From an uncultured bacterium (GTDB taxonomy: Bacteria; Zhuqueibacterota; QNDG01; DTFT01), in contig CAVTNR010000012.1 in the NCBI GenBank assembly GCA_963736115.1, positions 128,001 through 192,000 of the forward strand: DNA of 64,000 nucleotides. The letters run 5' to 3'. A program made the translations under genes and the position numbers. The notes beneath the pieces are model-generated. The model was not told the origin of the DNA and searched no databases. It saw only the letters and a program-made list of their open reading frames with translations. Positions 37,903 to 47,231 of this stretch are shown here, one piece after another. Position 1 is the stretch's first letter, and every line of letters begins with the position of its first letter.

Positions 37903-40890
37903 TCAAAGCTGAGCTGTGATGCCGAAGTCCACCGTGGTTCCGTACCTTTCGCTTTGATCGAACAGTTTACGATGCTGGACGCGGTTGACGATGGAAGTCC
38001 CGTCCTCGACATCCGTCAGGTTACTGACATTCAGGAAAACCGACAGGTTTTTCATGATGGCCTGTCTTACGGCCAGATCGACCCGGGTGAACGGATTGAT
38101 GACCCGGTCGCTCAGGCCGCTCGCGGAATGAGACCGGTTGTGCTCGCCCTGGTGGAAAACCGAGACCCGGGCGGAGAAATCACCGATGTCATAGCCGAGC
38201 GAGACATTTCCGAAAAATTCGGGCATGCCCTCGAGCTTCTGCTTCCGTTCGACCAGGATGTTCTTGGATTTGGTGAGGGGAATCTTGCCCGAACGGTCGA
38301 CCCAGGTGATGGTCTTGGACCCGTACAGCACGGTCTCGGAACGCACCACGGACGCGTTGTAGGAGAGGATAAAGTTCTTCGCCAGGCTCGGCAGAAACTT
38401 CAGACTGATCTGATGCTCAAACTCGAAACCCCAGACCTTGGTCGGTTTCCGGGAATTGTAGGGCAAAGTCAGATTGTACGGGGTGGTCTTCATCTGGCTC
38501 GCCCACTCGATGCCGAAGTGATAGAGAATTGAATCGCCGGTGGTGTTGAAATCGTTCAGCATGTGGTACATGCCGTCGATCTCTTTATAATAGGCGGACA
38601 GGGAGATCAGGCCGATGGTGTTGCTGAAAAAGGTCGGGTTGATCTCGTAGTTCCAGGCCGTCGCGGTCTTCAGCTTCGGATTTCCGACGTAGACTTCGAA
38701 ATTGCCGCCCACCTCGGCGGGCCGCCCGGCGATGTACCGGTCGAGCCGCATGTTGAAATCGGGCCGGGCCAGGGCCTTGTAGGCCGCCACGCGCCATTTC
38801 ATGAAGGAAAACGGGCTCCAGGCGACATTGACGTTGGGCAGCCAGACCGTCTGCTTTGCGGAAGATGTGGTGTCGAGTATGGAATTGGAGGGAACCGGGA
38901 ACCCGGCCACGGATTTCGGCATGTACATGGCCAGGTAATCGTTGTCCTCGTTCTCAACGCGCACGCCCGCGATGAGGGTGAGCACCTGGCCGATGTTGAA
39001 CGAGTTCATGATGTATCCGGCGGAGACCCGCTCCGTCACTTCATAATCGTCGTACTTGATGAGCGGGTTGACCCAGATCTCGCTCTGGTTACCGGTGGCA
39101 TCGACCCCGTACCGGTTCAGGTTCCGCCACTGCCGCAGGGTGTCGCGGATGATCAGGGGGTTCAGTGTGTAGTCGCCGTACACCTGGCGATTTTGGGAAC
39201 GGGTGAAGAAATTGTTGACTCCGACGAATCCGCCGCCGTCGTCTAGCCACTGGTCGAAGGCCGTGCCGGTGAAATCCTTCAGCCGGACCTCGCCGCCCGG
39301 GGGGCGCTCGTATGCCATCCACCGGCCCAGGTAATACGGCGTGAAATCCTCGGACCGGAAATTGGTCCGTTCGCGTTCCTTGACCTTTCCGCCGATCTTG
39401 AGTTCTCCGGACACGTACGACCCCAGCCGGTATTCACGCGCGACATCGAGGAATGCGGTCTTTTCCCGGTCCGTGTTCTCCTGCTCCCGCTCATAGGCCC
39501 AGTACATGGACGCGGACGTGAAATTATTGTTCGCGTATCCGATCAGCTTGCCGGGGCCCGAGTGAAACATCGGCGAGGGCCTCATGCCGGACGGTTCGAC
39601 GAATATGGCCTCGTAGTCGTAGGGATATTCGGAATCGGATCGGCCGTACGAAAGCCCCCAGTTCAGATGCAGGCCGACGAGTCGGTTGTCTCCGGTGATG
39701 GAACTGCTGAAGGTCTGCAGTTCCTGCTCGCGGTCCCGGTAATCGTAGGTGGGATTGCCCTGCTGGTCTCCGCCGCCGTTGGAGGGATAATCGCGGGTCG
39801 ACAGAAGGTAGCTCCTCCGGGTCCGGCCGAACATGCTGTTGAACCGCACGGATCCGCCGTCCGGCGTGTTCACGTCAAAGAGCAGGCTCGCCCCGTCGCG
39901 CTTGCGCACCTCGTCCGTGAATTCGAGCGAGAAGTCATTGATGAAATAATCCGTTCCGTCGCTGATGGACTGGTTGTAGTTGACGTCGATGCGCTCGTTG
40001 CTCCGGATGCGCTTCTCCGTGTTTCCCATCACCTGCAGGCCCAGCACGCCGCCGAAGAACCGTTCGCCGTAATGGAAGGAGCCGTCGTACTGGTCCGCCG
40101 ATTTCATGAGCCGGTTGTAATTGCCCTTGACGTCGGCCCGGACGAGCCTCTTTTCCGGCGCCTTTTTGGTGACCATGTTGATGCTGCCGGCCAGGGCGTC
40201 TCCGTCCTTGTCTGAGGTCACGGCCTTGTACAGTTCGATGCCGGTCAGGGAGCTCTGGGACAGGATGCTCAGGTCCACGCCCCGGCTGGTGGCGTCCGTG
40301 GCCGGCACCTTCACGCCGTTGATGGTCACGAGCGTGAACTTGTCCTCGAGACCGCGGAGGATCACCTTGTTGGCCTCTCCGCCGGACCGCAGGATCGATA
40401 CGCCGGGCAGGCGGCCGACCGCTTCGGCCGCATTGGCGTCCGGCAGTTCCTTGATCTTCTCCTCTGAGATCACGTTCACGATGGTGTTGGACGTGATCTG
40501 CTGGTTGATGGCCGCCGCCTGTCCCACGGCCTGGCCCCGCACCACCACGGTCTTGCCCTTGATGGCGTCAGGCGGGAGCGCGGCAAAAACAGTTTCCGTC
40601 CTGCCGGACCCGATTGTCACGGGAATGTCCGTGGTCCGATATCCCAGGTAGGAAACCTTCAGTGTGTAAGAGCCGGCCGGTACCCGATCGATCCGGTACA
40701 GACCTTCGAGGTCGGTCGCGTCGCCCAGGGAGGTCCCGGCCAGATAGACATTCGCGCCCACCAGGGGCTTGCCGGTCAGGGAATCGGTTACCAGTCCCTT
40801 CAGGTTTCCCTGGCCCGAGGCTGCGGCCGGGAGTCCGAAACCGGCTGCGACCAGAGCGAGAATGAACAGGGATTTCACGGAAATTCTCAT
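37903..40890 (-). CDS. TonB-dependent receptor
   Basis: CarboxypepD N-terminus, ELPDANAAEAVGRLPGVS plug, GNPKLK, C-terminal beta-strand ending AQL. Confidence 0.95.
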   Translation of the reverse strand: MRISVKSLFILALVAAGFGLPAAASGQGNLKGLVTDSLTGKPLVGANVYLAGTSLGDATDLEGLYRIDRVPAGSYTLKVSYLGYRTTDIPVTIGSGRTETVFAALPPDAIKGKTVVVRGQAVGQAAAINQQITSNTIVNVISEEKIKELPDANAAEAVGRLPGVSILRSGGEANKVILRGLEDKFTLVTINGVKVPATDATSRGVDLSILSQSSLTGIELYKAVTSDKDGDALAGSINMVTKKAPEKRLVRADVKGNYNRLMKSADQYDGSFHYGERFFGGVLGLQVMGNTEKRIRSNERIDVNYNQSISDGTDYFINDFSLEFTDEVRKRDGASLLFDVNTPDGGSVRFNSMFGRTRRSYLLSTRDYPSNGGGDQQGNPTYDYRDREQELQTFSSSITGDNRLVGLHLNWGLSYGRSDSEYPYDYEAIFVEPSGMRPSPMFHSGPGKLIGYANNNFTSASMYWAYEREQENTDREKTAFLDVAREYRLGSYVSGELKIGGKVKERERTNFRSEDFTPYYLGRWMAYERPPGGEVRLKDFTGTAFDQWLDDGGGFVGVNNFFTRSQNRQVYGDYTLNPLIIRDTLRQWRNLNRYGVDATGNQSEIWVNPLIKYDDYEVTERVSAGYIMNSFNIGQVLTLIAGVRVENEDNDYLAMYMPKSVAGFPVPSNSILDTTSSAKQTVWLPNVNVAWSPFSFMKWRVAAYKALARPDFNMRLDRYIAGRPAEVGGNFEVYVGNPKLKTATAWNYEINPTFFSNTIGLISLSAYYKEIDGMYHMLNDFNTTGDSILYHFGIEWASQMKTTPYNLTLPYNSRKPTKVWGFEFEHQISLKFLPSLAKNFILSYNASVVRSETVLYGSKTITWVDRSGKIPLTKSKNILVERKQKLEGMPEFFGNVSLGYDIGDFSARVSVFHQGEHNRSHSASGLSDRVINPFTRVDLAVRQAIMKNLSVFLNVSNLTDVEDGTSIVNRVQHRKLFDQSERYGTTVDFGITAQL

Positions 40891-41043
40891 CGGATTCCTC
40901 TCCTTCGCCTTGGATGGTCCACCGCAAAAACCAGGTTGGCCCGGTCCTCTCGGTTCCGGGCGGAATCATATTAAATGATGGGAAATCGGGATAGCAGGAA
41001 AACTGTGATACGGTAATTAACCATATTCGAAGCTGAAAATGAA

Positions 41044-41073
41044 GTGAATAACGGTGAAAAACTGTGAAAAACA
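41044..41073. promoter_or_regulatory. Three tandem 10-bp direct repeats GTGAA[AT]AACN upstream of pectin TBDR
   Basis: gtgaataacg-gtgaaaaact-gtgaaaaaca; related gaaaactgtgatacggt at about 40998. Confidence 0.5.
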
Positions 41074-41107
41074 GGACTCGACATCGGCTCAAGTGTTAAA
41101 GTTACGC

Positions 41108-41191
41108 TTGATTTTCTTGGAAATGAGTCGTAAATTCATCATTATCGTGTTATCTGCATTTTTTGTCGTCGGTTAAGCTTATAATTATAAG
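41108..41191 (+). promoter_or_regulatory. Sigma70-like promoter of regulator gene and downstream palindrome CTTATAATTATAAG
   Basis: TTGATT-N17-TAAATT (41108-41136); perfect 14-bp palindrome 41178-41191. Confidence 0.45.
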
Positions 41192-41246
41192 TGGTTTGTT
41201 CATTATCGGCCAACAGCTCTGAACTCCCTGACCGGCGGAACTCCCG

Positions 41247-42458
41247 ATGACCCTCGATCACAACCACAAAAAACTTCTTGAAAAGATTCTCGGCAGTCCG
41301 GAATTTTCACATTCCAAAATATACCAGACTTTCCTGTCCTATCTCGTGGAAGCTGCGGAGCAGGGCCGCGAACTGAAGGAAACGACCATTGCCATGGAAG
41401 TTTTCGGCAAGGACGCCACCTTCAATCCGGCCGAGGACACCACGGTCCGGTCTCACACATACACCCTGCGGAAAAAACTGGAAAACTATTTTTTACAGGA
41501 AGGAAAAACCGAAAAAATCCGGCTGAGGATACCGAAAGGGCATTACGAAGTGCTGTTCTCGCCGGTTTCGGCCGACCGGCTCGTTCCGAAAAATCTGTTC
41601 CGGTTTCTGATCAGAAACGGCCATTGGATACTGGTGGCGCTTCTGGCCGGGTTGTGTGTTTTTCAGGCGGTCCGGAACCGTATGATCAACGGAAAAATGG
41701 CCCGCTATCGCGTTCTGAAACCGGATGATCCCTTCTGGAAGGAGTACCTGCAATCCGACCTGCCCATTCTGCTGGTCGTGGGCGATCATTTCTTCTTCAA
41801 CGACAATCTGCCGAAATACGGCAGCACGGTCAGCGTCCGCCATCCCCGCGTCAATTCGGCGGAGGACCTGCACGCCCTGTACCCCGGCATACAGGCGGAC
41901 CTCTCCGCTGAGCCCTATTTCCCCTACCACAGCATCTGGAGCCTTCCGCCCATTCTCTCGATGCTTTTCTCCGCGAACCAGACGCCCATTCTGCGGAAGG
42001 CTTCGGATGTCAGCCCCCAGATCCTGGATGAATACAACATCCTGTTCCTGGGCAGCATCAAGACCCTGTATGCGCTCAAGCACACGCTCCTGAAATCCCA
42101 CTTTCGTTTCGAGATCGCGCCGCACCGGGTGATTTACACGCCGCCCGGCGCCGACAGTTCGGTCGTATTCAAGACCAGCCTGCATTCGCCGGGTCCCAAC
42201 GAGGACCTCGTGATCGCGTGCAAACTGCCGGGGCCGGACGACAACGCCATCTTCATCATCGCCTCGTACCATTCGCTCGGCGTGCCCGAAATCAGCGCCA
42301 CCCTGACCACACCCTCGCGTCGGGCGAACCTGGAGAAGATGTTCCTGGAAAAAACCGGGCGGATTCCCCCGTATTTCGAAATCCTCTTCCGCGTGACGGG
42401 CATCGACAAAACCGCCTACAATATCGAAATCCTCGTGCTGAACGAAATCGCCCCCTGA
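41247..42458 (+). CDS. Membrane-anchored one-component regulator (N-terminal winged-helix-like domain, single TM, periplasmic domain)
   Basis: N-terminal IL.S.EF..S....FL.YLV...KETTIA.EVFGK...F.P.ED..VR.....LRKKL..Y...RLRIPKGHY; TM WILVALLAGLCVF; divergent from TBDR. Confidence 0.7.
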   Translation: MTLDHNHKKLLEKILGSPEFSHSKIYQTFLSYLVEAAEQGRELKETTIAMEVFGKDATFNPAEDTTVRSHTYTLRKKLENYFLQEGKTEKIRLRIPKGHYEVLFSPVSADRLVPKNLFRFLIRNGHWILVALLAGLCVFQAVRNRMINGKMARYRVLKPDDPFWKEYLQSDLPILLVVGDHFFFNDNLPKYGSTVSVRHPRVNSAEDLHALYPGIQADLSAEPYFPYHSIWSLPPILSMLFSANQTPILRKASDVSPQILDEYNILFLGSIKTLYALKHTLLKSHFRFEIAPHRVIYTPPGADSSVVFKTSLHSPGPNEDLVIACKLPGPDDNAIFIIASYHSLGVPEISATLTTPSRRANLEKMFLEKTGRIPPYFEILFRVTGIDKTAYNIEILVLNEIAP

Positions 42459-42504
42459 CCGGGGGCGAATACTGAAGCCTGCTTCCGCCTGTCCGTTCAG
42501 CCTC

Positions 42505-43266
42505 TCATCGCGCCAGCCATCCCCCGTCCACTGCCACGGTATAGCCGTTCATGTAATCCGACGCCGGAGACGCGAGAAACACGCAAATCCCCTGGAGATC
42601 CGCGGGCGTGCCCCAGCGGCCGGCGGGAATCCGGTCCAGAATGGCCTTGTTCCGCTCCGGGTTCTCCCGGAGCGCTTTGGTGTTGTCCGTGGCCATGTAC
42701 CCCGGCGCGATGGCGTTGACGTTGATGCCGTGGGGCGCCAGTTCGTTGGCCATGAGCCGGGTCAGCCCCATGACGGCGCTCTTGGAGGCCGTGTACGACG
42801 GGATGAGAATGCCGCCCTGGAAGGACGTCATCGACGCCGTGTTGATGATCTTGCCGCCCCGGCCCTGACGGACCATGACCGCGGCCGCGGCCTGGCTCAG
42901 GAAGAAAAGCGCCTTCTGGTTGATCTGGATGACGTCGTCCCAGTCCTTCTCCTTGAATTCCAGAATCGGCGCCCGCCGGATGATGCCGGCGTTGTTCACC
43001 AAAATGTCGATCCGGCCGAAGGCTTCCACCGCCGCTTTCACAATCGCGGGAACCGCCTCCATGGAGGACAGGTCCGCGGAGACCGCGGCGGCACGGCGGC
43101 CCGCGGCTTCCACGGTTTTGCGGGTTTCATCGACGGGAAGCATATCGACCAGCGCGACGTCGGCGCCAGCTTCCGCGAGCGCGACGGCCATCGCCTGCCC
43201 CAGGCCCCGCGCGGCGCCCGTGACGATCGCGGCTTTTCCATCCAGCTTGAACTGATCGAGTATCAT
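42505..43266 (-). CDS. kduD: 2-dehydro-3-deoxy-D-gluconate 5-dehydrogenase
   Basis: TGAARGLG, NNAGIIRR, SFQGG, YTASK, RIPAGRWG, VDGGWLAR. Confidence 0.95.
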   Translation of the reverse strand: MILDQFKLDGKAAIVTGAARGLGQAMAVALAEAGADVALVDMLPVDETRKTVEAAGRRAAAVSADLSSMEAVPAIVKAAVEAFGRIDILVNNAGIIRRAPILEFKEKDWDDVIQINQKALFFLSQAAAAVMVRQGRGGKIINTASMTSFQGGILIPSYTASKSAVMGLTRLMANELAPHGINVNAIAPGYMATDNTKALRENPERNKAILDRIPAGRWGTPADLQGICVFLASPASDYMNGYTVAVDGGWLAR

Positions 43267-43288
43267 GGCGTTTTTCCTCCGCTCGGGG

Positions 43289-44119
43289 TTACAGGAGCCG
43301 GTTCACTTCGACGGCGTCCATATCATCGAACGCCTGGTTCTCGCCGCCCATGCCCCAGACGAACGCGTACGGCCGCGTGCCGACGCCGGAATGCAGCGAC
43401 CAGCTCGGAGACAGTACCGCCTGCCGGTTGTGGACCACCAGGTGGCGCGTCTCGTGCGGGGGCCCCATGAGGTGGAAAACGGCCTGCCCTTCCGGAACGT
43501 CAAAATAGAGGTAAACCTCCATCCGGCGTCCGTGTGTGTGCGGGGGCATGGTGTTCCACACGCTGCCCTCGGCGAGCTCGGTGAAACCCATCACCAGCTG
43601 ACAGCTCGGGACGCCGTCCGGATGGATGTAGCGCCTCAGCAAGCGGCGGTTGCATTCGGCGTCCGAGCCGAGCGTCGCGGACCAGGCTTCTCCCATCCGG
43701 ACCCGGGCCGTGGGATATTCGCGGTGGGCCGGATAGCTGAGCAGGTAATACGCGGCCGGATCGGCCGGCTTGTCGCTTGCGAATACGACGTCACGGCTTC
43801 CCCGTCCGATATAGAGGCCGTCCCGGTTGTTCATCGGAAAAGTTTTTCCGTCGACCGTGACCCGGCCCGGGCCGCCGACATTGAGAATGCCGACCTCGCG
43901 CCGCTCGGCGAAGAATTCGGATCTCAGCTCCGGAGGGCAGGCCAGCGGGAGGGCCTGCTTCACCGGAACCGCGGACCCGACGATGGCGCGGTCGATGTCC
44001 GAATACACCAGCGGAATCCGGTCCGGTTCGAACAGGGAATCGACGAGAAAAGTTTTTCTCAGCTCGTCGGTTGTCATTCGCGGGAACCGTTCCGGGTCCG
44101 CGGTGTATCGCGTTTCCAT
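43289..44119 (-). CDS. kduI: 5-dehydro-4-deoxy-D-glucuronate isomerase
   Basis: ERREVG, SCQLVMG, GSVWNTMPPHTH.RRMEVYLYF, SPSWSLHSG.GT..Y.FVWGMGGENQ. Confidence 0.95.
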   Translation of the reverse strand: METRYTADPERFPRMTTDELRKTFLVDSLFEPDRIPLVYSDIDRAIVGSAVPVKQALPLACPPELRSEFFAERREVGILNVGGPGRVTVDGKTFPMNNRDGLYIGRGSRDVVFASDKPADPAAYYLLSYPAHREYPTARVRMGEAWSATLGSDAECNRRLLRRYIHPDGVPSCQLVMGFTELAEGSVWNTMPPHTHGRRMEVYLYFDVPEGQAVFHLMGPPHETRHLVVHNRQAVLSPSWSLHSGVGTRPYAFVWGMGGENQAFDDMDAVEVNRLL

Positions 44120-44280
44120 GGCTTCTCTCCTTCGGCGGGTCTGCCGCAGTGTTCGGTGGACGTTCCGTCGGACGCGTCTCTCAGCCGCGCCCGACGGCCA
44201 CAACTTAACGAATTCAGAAACGATTATCAAGAAACAACTGTACAGGGTACGGGGATTTAATAAACCGCCGGCAGGATGGG

Positions 44281-44429
44281 GTTGTCCAAAAAGTCGATTT
44301 TCCACGAATACCGCTCGCCGAGCCGTTCGCTTCGCTCAGGATAAACTCCGTCGAGGCGAGATGTATACCCGTCACTGTGCGCCCTTCGATTTCGCTCAAG
44401 GCGCGCATGATTTCGACTTTTTGGACAAC
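44281..44429. mobile_element. MITE/REPIN-like element with 17-bp perfect terminal inverted repeats
   Basis: GTTGTCCAAAAAGTCGA (44281-44297) / TCGACTTTTTGGACAAC (44413-44429); internal TTCG..TCGCTCA(G/A)G motifs; no coding capacity. Confidence 0.7.
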
Positions 44430-44631
44430 TCCGTGGACCGGATCAAACCGATCCATTTGCGTGCGTGTCCGTGCGGATCCGCGGTTTTCTTGTCCCAAAA
44501 AAGAAAAGGACCCGGTTTGTTCTCCCCCCAGATTTCACTTTTATTTTTCCTCTTTTACCGGTATTTTATCCGGTCCCGGACCCGGTTCGCGAGAACCTGG
44601 ATCCGCCACCCGCATTCCCAAGGAGGTCCCA

Positions 44632-45945
44632 ATGCCCGCATTGGTCGATTCCGCCGGCGCCTTTCACCCCTCGGGCCGGCCGTACCGGTTCACCATTCTG
44701 GCCTTCGTCGCTCTTTTGACTTTCGGCTGTTACTTCGCATATGACATCATCGGCGCGGTCGCGCCCAGCCTCGTCGAACAGCTCGGCGCGAGCCGGGGAA
44801 CCGTCGGCACCCTGTACACGATGTACAGCGTGGCCGCCATTCTGTCCGTGCTCGTCGGCGGCATTCTGATCGACCGGCTGGGAACCCGGCTCGCCAGCAT
44901 GATCTTTTCCACTCTGGTTCTGGCGGGCGCGGTCATCGTGGCGGCCGCGGACAGCATTCCGGTCCTCTTTCTCGGACGTTTTGTGTTCGGCGCGGGCTCC
45001 GAACCCCTCATCGTCGCCCAGATGGCCATGGTGTCCAAATGGTTCAGGGGCAAGGAACTGGCGTTCGCCTTCGGCGTGACGCTGACCGTCAGCCGGCTGG
45101 GCACGCTGTTCAGCTTCAATACCGGCGAACTCATCGCCGAACGGTTCGGCGGGGTCCGCGCCGCGCTCATCGCGGCCGTCGCATTCTGCCTGCTGTCCCT
45201 GCTCGCGAATCTCGTGTACATATGGATGGATCGTCGCGGAGAGAAGATCCTGCGCCTGCGGGAAACGGCATCCGGTGATAAAATCGTACTCCGCAACATA
45301 CGGTCGTTCGGACCCGCATTCTGGTACGTGACATTGCTCTGCGTCACCTTCTATTCGGCGATTTTCCCGTTCACGGCCCTGTCCACGGACTTCTTCGTGG
45401 ACAAATGGGGCGTGGCGCGCGTGGCGGAATCGAGCGGCGGCTTTCTCCGTCAGGTCTTCGGTAACTTCCTCCACATGTCGGGAACCGCGGGCGGCCTGTC
45501 GTCCATTGTCATATTCGCGTCCATGATCTGCGCGCCTTTCGCCGGTCACCTGGTGGACCGGATCGGCAGGCGGGCCTCCCTGATGATTCTCGGTTCACTG
45601 CTCCTGATCCCCGCGCATCTGGTCATGGGCTTGACGAACCTCTACCCCGTCGCCCCCATGATTCTGCTGGGCGTCGCTTTCGTGCTGATCCCGGCGGCCA
45701 TGTGGCCGTCCATCCCCCTCCTCGTGCGCAAGGAGACGGTCGGCACGGCCTACGGGCTCATGACCATGATCCAGAATATCGGTCTCGCTCTCTTCCCGGC
45801 CCTGAACGGCGCTCTGCGCGATTCAACCCGGTCGTACACGGCCAGTCAGATCATGTTCGCATGCCTGGGCCTGTTCGGCCTCGTCTTCGCGCTCCTGCTC
45901 AGGCGGGCGGACCGGAGCCGGGGCCGCGTACTTGAAAATCCGTAG
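44632..45945 (+). CDS. MFS transporter, MFSD1-like
   Basis: SD AAGGAGG; TFGCYFAYD, GILIDRLG, GRFVFGAGSE, WFRGKELAFAFG, GTAYGLMT.IQN.GL. Confidence 0.85.
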   Translation: MPALVDSAGAFHPSGRPYRFTILAFVALLTFGCYFAYDIIGAVAPSLVEQLGASRGTVGTLYTMYSVAAILSVLVGGILIDRLGTRLASMIFSTLVLAGAVIVAAADSIPVLFLGRFVFGAGSEPLIVAQMAMVSKWFRGKELAFAFGVTLTVSRLGTLFSFNTGELIAERFGGVRAALIAAVAFCLLSLLANLVYIWMDRRGEKILRLRETASGDKIVLRNIRSFGPAFWYVTLLCVTFYSAIFPFTALSTDFFVDKWGVARVAESSGGFLRQVFGNFLHMSGTAGGLSSIVIFASMICAPFAGHLVDRIGRRASLMILGSLLLIPAHLVMGLTNLYPVAPMILLGVAFVLIPAAMWPSIPLLVRKETVGTAYGLMTMIQNIGLALFPALNGALRDSTRSYTASQIMFACLGLFGLVFALLLRRADRSRGRVLENP

Positions 45946-46053
45946 GGAAGCGGGAACCGGCCGGCTTTCAGGTCGTTCATAGGGGAAGCACCGGGAGGCG
46001 GCGATGGACGAGCCGGCCGGCCGGAATCGGTTCACCCATCAAGGAGTGACAAC

Positions 46054-47004
46054 ATGAAAAAAACCGCGCTCTGGACCGCGGCCGTTCTGTTTTTAATCTC
46101 AACGGCTTGTTCCAAACCCCCGAACTGGTCCGACAATTTCGACCAGTCCCTGGCCCTGGCCGGATCATCGGGTAAAGTTCTGTTGATCAATTTCACCGGG
46201 TCAGACTGGTGTTCCTGGTGCATCAAGATGGAAAAGGAAGTATTCAGCCAGAAGGCTTTTCAGGACTTCGCTTCCTCCGACCTGGTGCTGATGAAAGCGG
46301 ACTTTCCGAAAACGAAAAAACTGGCCGAAAGCGTCAAATCGCAGAACCAGGCGCTCGCGAACCGGTTCGGCGTACAGGGTTTCCCGACCCTCGTGCTCCT
46401 GAACGGCAAGGGGGAGACAATCGCGCTAACGGGATACCAGGAAGGCGGAGCGGAAGCCTATGTCCTTCATTTGAAGTCCCTTCTCGCTTCGAAGCCTGTT
46501 GCACCGAAACCCGCGACTCCAACCGCCGCCGAACCGGCCTCCGGTGAGCCCAAGGCCGCCGAGTCTCAGGCTCCCAAGGCCAAAGCCTCCAAGCCTCAGG
46601 CTCCCAAAACCACGGCCCCGGAACCCAAGGCCTCCGGCTGGACACAGAACTACGACCAGGCCCTGGCCGAGGCGAAAAAAACCGGTAAAATTCTGCTCAT
46701 TGACTTCACCGGATCGGACTGGTGCCCCTGGTGCATCAAGCTGGACCAGGAGGTTTTCAGGCAGAAGGCTTTCAAGGACTTCGCGGATGCCAACCTGGTG
46801 CTGATGATGGCGGACTTCCCGAGATCTAAAAAAATTCCGGAAAACCTCCAATCGCAGAACCAGACCCTGGCGGAGCGGTTCGGCGTGCAGGGATTCCCGA
46901 CCGTCATCCTCCTGAAAAGCGACGGATCCAAAATCGGACAGACGGGATACCAGCCGGGCGGCGCCGAGGCCTATGTCCGGCATCTCCGGGAACTGATCAA
47001 ATAG
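46054..47004 (+). CDS. Lipoprotein with two thioredoxin-fold (DsbH-like) domains and a Pro/Ala/Lys linker
   Basis: Lipobox STAC; FTGSDWCSWC and FTGSDWCPWC; GFPT cis-Pro motif twice. Confidence 0.9.
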   Translation: MKKTALWTAAVLFLISTACSKPPNWSDNFDQSLALAGSSGKVLLINFTGSDWCSWCIKMEKEVFSQKAFQDFASSDLVLMKADFPKTKKLAESVKSQNQALANRFGVQGFPTLVLLNGKGETIALTGYQEGGAEAYVLHLKSLLASKPVAPKPATPTAAEPASGEPKAAESQAPKAKASKPQAPKTTAPEPKASGWTQNYDQALAEAKKTGKILLIDFTGSDWCPWCIKLDQEVFRQKAFKDFADANLVLMMADFPRSKKIPENLQSQNQTLAERFGVQGFPTVILLKSDGSKIGQTGYQPGGAEAYVRHLRELIK

Positions 47005-47029
47005 TATCCACTGACCAATGAGATTTTCC

Positions 47030-47058
47030 GCAGGGGCGACGCGACGCGTCGCCCCTGC
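47030..47058. repeat. REP-like palindrome GCAGGGGCGACGCGACGCGTCGCCCCTGC
   Basis: GTAG-family-like REP hairpin directly after stop codon. Confidence 0.7.
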
Positions 47059-47231
47059 AACAGCAATCCCGATCGTATACACCTGCACGTCCTACCGCAT
47101 GAACGACGCACCGTGAAGGCGCGTCGCTCATGCTTTTTTCGAAATCGCGTCTCCCCCCATATAACCATTTGATTTTCAGCCGTTTTTTGCCTATTTTAAA
47201 TGGTTTGACTCACCAACCTCATCGGAATTCC

